64,000 bases of DNA, from positions 2,112,001 to 2,176,000 of the forward strand of contig OY762911.1 in NCBI GenBank assembly GCA_963666565.1, read 5' to 3'. Of the stretch, positions 19,229 to 27,182 are shown in pieces. Source of the stretch: Thermoanaerobaculia bacterium. Its GTDB lineage: Bacteria > Acidobacteriota > Thermoanaerobaculia > Multivoradales > Multivoraceae. The position numbers and the translations under genes were made by a program. The notes beneath the pieces were generated by a model. The model was given only the letters and a program-made list of their open reading frames with translations, did not search any database and was not told the origin of the DNA. Numbering within the stretch: the first letter of the stretch is position 1; the number at the start of each line of letters is the position of its first letter.

Positions 19229-19389
19229 GGCCGACCTCCGTCACGCCGAATCGACACGGACACCCCGAACCAAACTTGACTCAACTGTTAAGACGCCCCT
19301 TGTTCAAGGAGTCTAGGGAAGTTCGCGGTTTGTGGGGCCGCCCGGGAGCGTCGGAACGAGGAAGCAGCTTGCAGGTCGTGACGACTGGG

Positions 19390-20286
19390 ATGAAAATGTC
19401 GTACTATGTCATTCGGGGCGACTTTCATCTCTTTTACCGGTCGTCGAGGCACGTTGGCTCGCGGCCCGACGGTGACTCAGTCTGGTTTAGGCCGAAGAAC
19501 GTCGCCCGCTTGAAGCGCCTCAGGGGACGTAGCGCTCATCGGAATGCCGGAGGGTTTACCCAACTACGGTTTGAGGGGATCGACGCATTAGAGTTGCACT
19601 ACAGAGGAAGCAACCACCAGGTCGCGCGGAATTCCATTGGTGCCCGAGACGAGATCCTGACACTGGTTGGATTTGGTAACGTCACGTACGCTCCACACGT
19701 ACGCGGAAAGATCGATACCAGTGTGCGGTCTGCGGCCTGTCACCCTCGAAGCGGCTATATTGTGGCCCGTAACGTGGATGTGTTCGGGCGACCAGTGGCT
19801 TTTGCCTTTGTGGGCCGGACGCAATACCGGGACGGTGCGAGAGTCTTCCTTGATACTCCTCTAGTCAACAGGAGCCTCAACGCCCGACTGATGGAAGGCG
19901 GACATGTGTATCCAAGCTTCTACACGACCCTTCCCGCCAACCTTAGAAATCGACTGCAGCGCATCGCGCTCACAGCCCGGAACAAGGGACTAGGGCTATG
20001 GCCCTCCGACGCTACGAACGGTAACCCTCTTGTCCGGGGCTTGGCGGACCTTGAGTCGATTGCCATCTGGCCTAAGCTCTACCGGCGGCTATTCGCCTAC
20101 TTTCAATCCGGCAAGGGGAGCTTGACGGGGTTTGATCGCTGGCTACGGGCAGATCCCAAGAGAGACGACGAATTGCGGATTGGCAGCCAAGCACGCGTCG
20201 GGAGAATTCACGACGTCGTGACTGTCAATCAGAATCGTATCACCATGAACTTCGACCCGGCTGACCTCGTGATCGTGCCGCGTTAG
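19390..20286 (+). CDS. Thermonuclease (SNase)-like protein (298 aa)
   Basis: RPDGDSVWF, LRFEGIDALELHY, DVFGRPVAF, SLNARLMEGG, ARNKGLGLW are SNase motifs; visibly lower GC than the host genes. Confidence 0.8.
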   Translation: MKMSYYVIRGDFHLFYRSSRHVGSRPDGDSVWFRPKNVARLKRLRGRSAHRNAGGFTQLRFEGIDALELHYRGSNHQVARNSIGARDEILTLVGFGNVTYAPHVRGKIDTSVRSAACHPRSGYIVARNVDVFGRPVAFAFVGRTQYRDGARVFLDTPLVNRSLNARLMEGGHVYPSFYTTLPANLRNRLQRIALTARNKGLGLWPSDATNGNPLVRGLADLESIAIWPKLYRRLFAYFQSGKGSLTGFDRWLRADPKRDDELRIGSQARVGRIHDVVTVNQNRITMNFDPADLVIVPR

Positions 20287-20967
20287 TCTGGCCGGCAGAC
20301 GCGAAGTCGTGCTGGAAAGCGGTAACAGCCTATGGAGGCTCGGGCACGTGGCCTCGGCCCACCGGATGTCGCGTTGAAGGACGACGCGAGGAACTGAGGG
20401 CCCCGTCAGGCTGCTACTCGGCTTGGGCCGCCCGCGACGGACTCCTTTCCCGCGCCACCGCCGCCTCAAGGCGCGGTGCGGCCCGCCACAGGCACTCCAT
20501 GACGGAGCGCAGGTCCATCGGCTTGCCGTCCCAAGCCCGGCATCGACTCTTTGCCGGCGATCAGGATGCCCGCTTCTTCCAGGCGTTCGACCAGTTCGCC
20601 GACGGGGTTCGGGCCCATCTGGGGGTGGCGAGGACACTCGTGCAGCGGCCGGCCGCGGGGATGTGCGAACCGCACGCGCCCCGGTCGTCCATGCGGACTG
20701 TGAAGAGGCCTTAGTGGAGTAGGCGATGGCTTCGGCTGCAGAGGGGCAGCAGGTTCCACAGGTTCGTTTCGCCGCTATCGGCCAGTGAACGAGGAAATGC
20801 GCGTCGCTGTGCCGGGAAAGAGCGGTCCGGAAAGCGGCACCCTTGGTCGCGGAGCTCCCTGGCGCGGAAGTTGGGCGGCCCGATGGCGCGCTCTTTCGGC
20901 CAACGCCGGGGATCCGGCCGGCGCCGTGTGGCATCTCGACCTTGCCCGCGTCGAAGGCGGTGCGCCG
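20285..20967. repeat. Copy B of the diverged REase-tail/HNH-remnant segment, interrupted by IS3 copy 1 and continuing at about 22570-22635
   Basis: Minus strand reads ELRDQGCRFP...ADSGETNLWNLLPLCSRSHRLLH, a decayed HNH motif of the DUF222 type; alignable by eye to 16400-17125. Confidence 0.75.
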
Positions 20968-21007
20968 CGGAACCTGTCAACGAGTTTGACACAGGGGCTT
21001 CTCGGAT

Positions 21008-22006
21008 TTACTGAGCCATCTCCGATGCTTCGGGGCTCGGCTTGTTGATCCAGACGGCCTGAGGCAGGGGTTGGTGCATCGGCTCGCCGCCGACGAATCG
21101 TTCCGGGTGGCGTCTCCAGGCGGCGCTCAGCGCTCGCTGGCGCTGTTCGATCGCGGCTTGGGCCCGGCCGTAGTGGACGGTCTCCGGAGTCAGCATGGCG
21201 ATGCCGGCATGCCGGTGCTCGGTGTTGTACCAAGGGAAGAAGGACCTGCAGTAGCCGGTCGCCGCGTCCTGGTCGGGGAAGCGGTCGGGAAAGCCGGGGT
21301 GGTACTTCAGGGTCTTGAACTGGGCTTCGGAGAAGGGGTTGTCGTCGCTGACGCGAGGTCGGCCCAGGGATCGGTTCACGCCGAGGCGGGCGAGCAGTTG
21401 GGCGGTACCCTGGCTGGTCATGGGCGCGCCCCGGTCGGAGTGCAGGGTGAGCACCGAGGGTTTCACGCCGTGCTTGAGGCAGGTCTCCTCGATGAGCCTC
21501 TGGGCGAGCGCGGCATTCTCGCGGTCGGCAACCATCCAGCCGACCGCGTAGCGGCTGAAAAGGTCGAGCAGGACGTAGAGGTAGTAGTAGCTCCAGGGCC
21601 GCGGGCCGAGCAGCCTGGTGATGTCCCACGACCACACCTGGTTGGGCGCGGTGGCGACCAACTCCGGCTTGGCGTAGGGCGGGTGGACCCGCTGGTTGCG
21701 ACGGTCCTTCACCTCCCCGTTCGCGCCCAGGATGCGGTACATCGTGCGTTCCGAGCACAGGTACCGGCCCTCGTCCAGCAGCGTCGCCACCACCTCCGCC
21801 GGCGAGCGATCCACGAACCGGGGAGACGCGAGCGTCGCCTCGACCCGCTCCCGCTCGATCTCGCTCAGCGCCCGGGCGGGCGCGGGTCGGGGCAGCTGGC
21901 GCCCGGGAGCGGGCCTCGCTCGACGGTAGAAGGTCGATCGCGACACGCCCAGCGCCCGGCACGCCGGCGCGACGCCGACCTTGCTTGCCAGGGACCGGGC
22001 CGCCAT
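21008..22006 (-). CDS. IS3-family transposase OrfB (DDE integrase core)
   Basis: WSWDIT, LHSDRG, DNPFSEAQFKTLK; ATG overlaps the orfA stop (TGATG); slippery G-GGA-AAA at 22054-22060. Confidence 0.92.
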   Translation of the reverse strand: MAARSLASKVGVAPACRALGVSRSTFYRRARPAPGRQLPRPAPARALSEIERERVEATLASPRFVDRSPAEVVATLLDEGRYLCSERTMYRILGANGEVKDRRNQRVHPPYAKPELVATAPNQVWSWDITRLLGPRPWSYYYLYVLLDLFSRYAVGWMVADRENAALAQRLIEETCLKHGVKPSVLTLHSDRGAPMTSQGTAQLLARLGVNRSLGRPRVSDDNPFSEAQFKTLKYHPGFPDRFPDQDAATGYCRSFFPWYNTEHRHAGIAMLTPETVHYGRAQAAIEQRQRALSAAWRRHPERFVGGEPMHQPLPQAVWINKPSPEASEMAQ

Positions 22007-22491
22007 CAGCAGTCCTTCCCGTCTTCGAGGCTGAATCCCAGCAGCCCTGCAACTTTTCCCTGCACGTCCAGGATCGTGTGGGCGGCGGCGAGCTCCCTCT
22101 CCAGCCGCTTCACCTTGGCCTCCAGCCGCTTCACCTTCGGCGCCAGAGGGTTGGCCTCGGTCGGCTTGCGGCCCCGCTTCTTCGGCCGCAGACCGGAAAG
22201 CGCGCCCTCTCGCCGCGCCTTGCGCCAGTTGGCCAGGTGCGAGCTGTACAGACCCTCTCGCCGAAGCAGACGGCCCACTTCGCCGCGGTCCGTGCATCGG
22301 TCCGCCTCCTCCAGAATCCGCAGACGGTACTCCGCCGTGAACTGCCGTCTGGTCGGCTTCGCCACGACCTCCGGGTCGGGAACACCCCCCGCGGGCGACG
22401 CGCCGGCCCCGGGGGCCTCGTCGCTCCGCTCCTCACCCCCCGGGGCCGGGAGCTCCGGGCCACCCCAACGTCTCTGCTCTCGTCTCGCCAT
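22006..22491 (-). CDS. IS3-family transposase OrfA (HTH plus leucine zipper)
   Basis: GGAGG RBS; RRQFTAEYRLRILEEAD...LLRREGLYSSHLANWRK. Confidence 0.9.
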   Translation of the reverse strand: MARREQRRWGGPELPAPGGEERSDEAPGAGASPAGGVPDPEVVAKPTRRQFTAEYRLRILEEADRCTDRGEVGRLLRREGLYSSHLANWRKARREGALSGLRPKKRGRKPTEANPLAPKVKRLEAKVKRLERELAAAHTILDVQGKVAGLLGFSLEDGKDC

Positions 22492-22913
22492 CGATCCTCC
22501 TTGCCAACGTGTGCCCTCCACTATTCAACGGGATCCCCGCTGTGTCACGTACGTTGGCAGAGAGGGCCGCGCGATCTTGGCGATGACGGGAAGCCGGAGT
22601 CGCGGAGGCAGCACCAAAGGGGGTCGCCTTGCTCGTTTCCCTCCAAGTCCTGAGCGCCGAGAGAAGACCGGGTGAGGACGCCACCGGATCGGCCCAGCCC
22701 GACAATGCGACTTGGCCGATACAATCCCCGCATGGAAGAAGGGACGGTCGCAGTGACGCCGATCGCCACAGTTGCATCGGCAGTAACCGTGGTTGCTGCC
22801 GCTCCGGCGGGATGGAACACGTCCCGCCCTCAACCGGAACTGGCGCCTGCCGGCGAGCAACCGTCGGGCTGCTGACCTGAACCTCCGCACGCTAGATCGA
22901 AGAGCAAGAGTCC

Positions 22914-24080
22914 ATGACTAGCAAGCCGACAAGACTCCTGGAGCAAGCGCACGCCGAGTTGGACGTCCTTTGGCGAGCGGGGAAGCCGGGCCTCCGCGCG
23001 GCAGAGGCGGCCTTTCGCGGTGAGATGGACGAGTACTGGGGGCCGGCGTTTGAGCGCTTTGAGGAGCTCTTCTACTTCTACGTGGACATCGCGGAGATGC
23101 TGAGCCGGCAGTGCCACAACGAGAACGGACTGTGGGCAATCGACCTTACCTCCGGCGTTCCGCCTCCGGGCGGCTGGCTGAGTCAAGCGGTTCATGTAAC
23201 CAACATGAAGACGGTGAGGACTTCATTAGCGGCGCTCCAGTTGGCGAAGGCGGGGATGTGCAACGATGCCTATGCTCTCTGCCGAGTGCTCTACGAAGTG
23301 TATCTTGTAAGGGGATTCATCGTACAGCATATGGACGCCCTGCTGGTCGCTCAGCGGTACTTCGATCACGTCGCGGTGACTGAAGAGCGCACCAAGAGGT
23401 CCATGGAACCTTGGCTGTCTGAAGAAGAACGCGCCTCGATCCGGGACGAAAGGAACGACCCGGGGAGCGGGATCAACAGACTGAAGCAGAAGTACGGAAG
23501 TGAGTGGACGTACTTCCGTAAGGACTATGGCTGGGCGTTCCCAAACCGGGAGGATCGTAACGGTACCATTGTGGCGAGCCCGAACCTGGAGGATCTCGCG
23601 CGCTTCGTGACGAAAAGCGGCGGCCACCACTACGTCTACAGGAAGGCCAGTCAGCAGCTGCATGCTAGCGTCGCAGGGACGCTAGGTTTTGGTTCCTGGG
23701 ACGAAGTTCCAATAGCGCCTGTACTTCGTGGCGTAGACACGATACTCCGCTACGTGGCGCCATGGATCCGAGACGCCGGCTTCACCAGCTTGGAGGTGAT
23801 GGCTAGAGATGACGAACAGGCGCTGGGACTGGAGGAAGCCGATCAGGCCTGCGTCGATCTTCTGGCGAAACTCACCGATGAGCTTGATGATGCGGTGGAA
23901 GACTGTCGAAGACGGGTGAGAGAGCGACAGAAGAGCGACTTGGGGAAGCGTGACAACATGTATGAGACCCTTCGAAGGGAGAAGCTCCTCGGGATCCGAA
24001 GAGGCCAGGATGACGGCACGGAGAGCGGCTGGGAAGCCCTTAGCGAGTCTCTCAGAAGGGGTGAGGGAGGCCCTTCCTGA
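22914..24080 (+). CDS. Hypothetical protein, DUF5677/HEPN-like (388 aa)
   Basis: AYALCRVLYE...YGWA...LEDLARFV...YRKASQQLHA pattern; lower GC. Confidence 0.65.
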   Translation: MTSKPTRLLEQAHAELDVLWRAGKPGLRAAEAAFRGEMDEYWGPAFERFEELFYFYVDIAEMLSRQCHNENGLWAIDLTSGVPPPGGWLSQAVHVTNMKTVRTSLAALQLAKAGMCNDAYALCRVLYEVYLVRGFIVQHMDALLVAQRYFDHVAVTEERTKRSMEPWLSEEERASIRDERNDPGSGINRLKQKYGSEWTYFRKDYGWAFPNREDRNGTIVASPNLEDLARFVTKSGGHHYVYRKASQQLHASVAGTLGFGSWDEVPIAPVLRGVDTILRYVAPWIRDAGFTSLEVMARDDEQALGLEEADQACVDLLAKLTDELDDAVEDCRRRVRERQKSDLGKRDNMYETLRREKLLGIRRGQDDGTESGWEALSESLRRGEGGPS

Positions 24081-24152
24081 ATGCGCCCAGGCCGGCTCGT
24101 GCGTTGGACGTTCGGAACCTGTCAACGAGTTTGACACAGGGGCTTCTCGGAT

Positions 24153-25151
24153 TTACTGAGCCATCTCCGATGCTTCGGGGCTCGGCTTGTTGATCCAGAC
24201 GGCCTGAGGCAGGGGTTGGTGCATCGGCTCGCCGCCGACGAATCGTTCCGGGTGGCGTCTCCAGGCGGCGCTCAGCGCTCGCTGGCGCTGTTCGATCGCG
24301 GCTTGGGCCCGGCCGTAGTGGACGGTCTCCGGAGTCAGCATGGCGATGCCGGCATGCCGGTGCTCGGTGTTGTACCAGGGGAAGAAGGACCTGCAGTAGC
24401 CGGTCGCCGCGTCCTGGTCGGGGAAGCGGTCGGGAAAGCCGGGGTGGTACTTCAGGGTCTTGAACTGGGCTTCGGAGAAGGGGTTGTCGTCGCTGACGCG
24501 AGGTCGGCCCAGGGATCGGTTCACGCCGAGGCGGGCGAGCAGTTGGGCGGTACCCTGGCTGGTCATGGGCGCGCCCCGGTCGGAGTGCAGGGTGAGCACC
24601 GAGGGTTTCACGCCGTGCTTGAGGCAGGTCTCCTCGATGAGCCTCTGGGCGAGCGCGGCATTCTCGCGGTCGGCAACCATCCAGCCGACCGCGTAGCGGC
24701 TGAAAAGGTCGAGCAGGACGTAGAGGTAGTAGTAGCTCCAGGGCCGCGGGCCGAGCAGCCTGGTGATGTCCCACGACCACACCTGGTTGGGCGCGGTGGC
24801 GACCAACTCCGGCTTGGCGTAGGGCGGGTGGACCCGCTGGTTGCGACGGTCCTTCACCTCCCCGTTCGCGCCCAGGATGCGGTACATGGTGCGTTCCGAG
24901 CACAGGTACCGGCCCTCGTCCAGCAGCGTCGCCACCACCTCCGCCGGCGAGCGATCCACGAACCGGGGAGACGCGAGCGTCGCCTGGACCCGCTCCCGCT
25001 CGATCTCGCTCAGCGCCCGGGCGGGCGCGGGTCGGGGCAGCTGGCGCCCGGGAGCGGGCCTCGCCCTACGGTAGAACGTCGATCGCGACACGCCCAGCGC
25101 CCGGCACGCCGGCGCGACGCCGACCTTGCTTGCCAGGGACCGGGCCGCCAT
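24153..25151 (-). CDS. IS3-family transposase OrfB
   Basis: Same DDE motifs as copy 1; one visible amino-acid difference (RVEATL vs RVQATL). Confidence 0.92.
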   Translation of the reverse strand: MAARSLASKVGVAPACRALGVSRSTFYRRARPAPGRQLPRPAPARALSEIERERVQATLASPRFVDRSPAEVVATLLDEGRYLCSERTMYRILGANGEVKDRRNQRVHPPYAKPELVATAPNQVWSWDITRLLGPRPWSYYYLYVLLDLFSRYAVGWMVADRENAALAQRLIEETCLKHGVKPSVLTLHSDRGAPMTSQGTAQLLARLGVNRSLGRPRVSDDNPFSEAQFKTLKYHPGFPDRFPDQDAATGYCRSFFPWYNTEHRHAGIAMLTPETVHYGRAQAAIEQRQRALSAAWRRHPERFVGGEPMHQPLPQAVWINKPSPEASEMAQ

Positions 25152-25636
25152 CAGCAGTCCTTCCCGTCTTCGAGGCTGAATCCCAGCAGCCCTGCAACTT
25201 TTCCCTGCACGTCCAGGATCGTGTGGGCGGCGGCGAGCTCCCTCTCCAGCCGCTTCACCTTGGCCTCCAGCCGCTTCACCTTCGGCGCCAGAGGGTTGGC
25301 CTCGGTCGGCTTGCGGCCCCGCTTCTTCGGCCGCAGACCGGAAAGCGCGCCCTCTCGCCGCGCCTTGCGCCAGTTGGCCAAGTGCGAGCTGTACAGACCC
25401 TCTCGCCGAAGCAGCCGGCCCACTTCGCCGCGGTCCGTGCATCGGTCCGCCTCCTCCAGAATCCGAAGCCGGTACTCCGCCGTGAACTGCCGTCTGGTCG
25501 GTTTCGCCACGACCTCCGGGTCGGGAACACCCCCCGCGGGCGACGCGCCGGCCCCGGGGGCCTCGTCGCTCCGCTCCTCACCCCCCGGGGCCGGGAGCTC
25601 CGGGCCACCCCAACGTCTCTGCTCTCGTCTCGCCAT
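25151..25636 (-). CDS. IS3-family transposase OrfA
   Basis: Protein identical to copy 1 in the ORF track. Confidence 0.9.
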   Translation of the reverse strand: MARREQRRWGGPELPAPGGEERSDEAPGAGASPAGGVPDPEVVAKPTRRQFTAEYRLRILEEADRCTDRGEVGRLLRREGLYSSHLANWRKARREGALSGLRPKKRGRKPTEANPLAPKVKRLEAKVKRLERELAAAHTILDVQGKVAGLLGFSLEDGKDC

Positions 25637-25779
25637 CGATCCTCCTTGCCAACGTGTGCCCTCCACTATTCAACGGGATGCCCGCTGTGTCACGTACGTT
25701 GGCAGAGAGGGGTTCTCGGGGCACGTCGGGAGGACGGGCAAAGGCGTGTTACCACGTCGAGCCGACCGCTCGTCGGGCC

Positions 25780-26706
25780 TCACTCCCTTCGGTCTCGATC
25801 GGCGGCTCTGTAGGGATCGTTCAAGAAGGACTCGGTGATGGCCCAATTCCACTGATTCCTTGCTTCGCCGACCAAGGGAGACAGCTTGAGTGCCTCACCT
25901 AACTGGGCTGGTGAGACGATGGTCGTTCCCAAGTTCCCGAACGGTCCTTTGCGCTGTCGAGCTTTCTCCAGAATCTCTCGATCGACAGTCAGAAAGTAGT
26001 CGATGCCGAACTGGTCTGCCTGGAAGATGTGCCACGCGTCTTGATCTGACTTGCCCTGGAGGACGCTCTCGATCTCCCTGTAACGGGGGAACCGGCTCTT
26101 CGCCCTCTTCAAGCCTTTCCTCAGCGTTGTTCTGCTGTTCGGATACAGGCCGTATGGGTCGACTTCATCCCAACCCTCGAAGCTCTTGAGGACTGTCGTC
26201 GTGTTCGATGGAGGTGTGTTGGGCTTTGGGTAGGAGTCAAGCGTTCTGAATTGGACATTGTTGAATGCGTTGTAGTCTCCGAGTCTTGGGCCACGGTAGT
26301 AACGGCCGGACTTCTGATACGTCTGCTCAAGGAATAGTGCGTGTGACTCGTAGAGGCTGATGAGGCCTTTCCGTGCGAGAGCGCCGATGCCGATAAGCCA
26401 GTCCGTGTGGGAGGTCACGTCTGGGTTCACGCCGCGCCTGACTAGCGGAATAGTGGTTTCTTCGTCGCCGGGCCAGCTTGACGACACATGGAGGTGTGTT
26501 CGCGTGTGCGTTAAGGCGCACTGGCCTCGCACCGAGTTGTCGACGAGAATTCTCATCGGATCACGGTCTATCAACTCACGACGAGCGCGAGCAGTGATCT
26601 CTGTTTCTATGCGGACTGCGAGTTCCGCACGAGGGTCTAGGTCTGGAGCGGGAGAACTACGACGGGGCGGGGTTCGCTTCCAGAGCTTCGTGAGAGTGGC
26701 GAGCAT
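25780..26706 (-). CDS. Hypothetical protein with an expanded PIN-like domain (308 aa)
   Basis: RILVDNSV...SDQDAWHIFQADQFGIDYFLTVDREIL...IVSPAQL matches PIN N- and C-terminal motifs; low GC. Confidence 0.6.
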   Translation of the reverse strand: MLATLTKLWKRTPPRRSSPAPDLDPRAELAVRIETEITARARRELIDRDPMRILVDNSVRGQCALTHTRTHLHVSSSWPGDEETTIPLVRRGVNPDVTSHTDWLIGIGALARKGLISLYESHALFLEQTYQKSGRYYRGPRLGDYNAFNNVQFRTLDSYPKPNTPPSNTTTVLKSFEGWDEVDPYGLYPNSRTTLRKGLKRAKSRFPRYREIESVLQGKSDQDAWHIFQADQFGIDYFLTVDREILEKARQRKGPFGNLGTTIVSPAQLGEALKLSPLVGEARNQWNWAITESFLNDPYRAADRDRRE

Positions 26707-27182
26707 GGCGTCTCATCCGTATCCACGGGCTTCGGGCGGAATCCCGTTGGCGGGGGTTGGCGCGTGCCGAGGACCTGTCGCGGCTGGTTGGTCGGCGGTG
26801 CAGGGCCAGCGGGGCAGAGAGTACAGGATTGTGCGGGAGAAGGGAGGATCGTTGAGGGTCCGCTTGGCGGAGCGTCCGGGGCAAGGGGCTCGGCGGCTAG
26901 CGGAGTAGGTGGTGTCGCGCGCGCAGCGGATACGTGCTTGCGGTTTTACCGGTGCAACTGGGCGGCGTCGGTAGCGTGATGGACCGAAGGACCGGAGAGC
27001 GGTCGGGAGGAGAGTGGGCTGGTGCGGATTCTCGTGGCGGGGGAAAGCGGTGGGTGCGGAGTGAGCCCGCTTTGGTTCCGCTGTGTTCGGCGGTCGCGAT
27101 TCGAGGCGCTGCGGGCCGGCGGAGGCAGAGCCCTCTTGTGGAACAGGAGTGGGTGGGGAGTTGCCCCAACGGAAGCGGAGTG

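Larger units (their letters stand above)
17449..19315 (+). mobile_element. Unclassified IS-like element without terminal inverted repeats, bounded by CTA direct repeats
   Basis: CTA at 17449-17451 and 19313-19315; about 175-nt hairpin-rich leader, one 533-aa ORF and an 87-nt tail. Codon usage is cleaner than in the flanks. Ends inferred from a single copy. Confidence 0.55.
20968..22566 (-). mobile_element. IS3-family insertion sequence, copy 1 (1599 bp, CCG target duplication)
   Basis: Near-identical to 24113-25711; imperfect subterminal IRs CTGTCAACGAGTTTGACACA and TGTGTCACGTACGTTGGCAG; CCG at 20965-20967 and 22567-22569. Confidence 0.92.
24113..25711 (-). mobile_element. IS3-family insertion sequence, copy 2 (1599 bp, GTT target duplication)
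   Basis: Same ends as copy 1 at a constant offset of 3145 nt; GTT at 24110-24112 and 25712-25714. Confidence 0.92.

Noticed and set aside
20968-25711. Composite transposon that delivered the DUF5677-like gene
   Set aside because: Each IS has its own target duplication (CCG vs GTT), the outer flanks do not match, and copy 1 interrupts a remnant that continues on its other side.
4700-27180. Integron cassette array or prophage
   Set aside because: No integron integrase, no recognisable attC repeats, mixed gene orientation and no phage structural genes.
26707-27182. ncRNA or small gene between the MTase and the PIN-like gene
   Set aside because: Only low-complexity ORFs and no convincing stems, tRNA or known RNA motif visible by eye.
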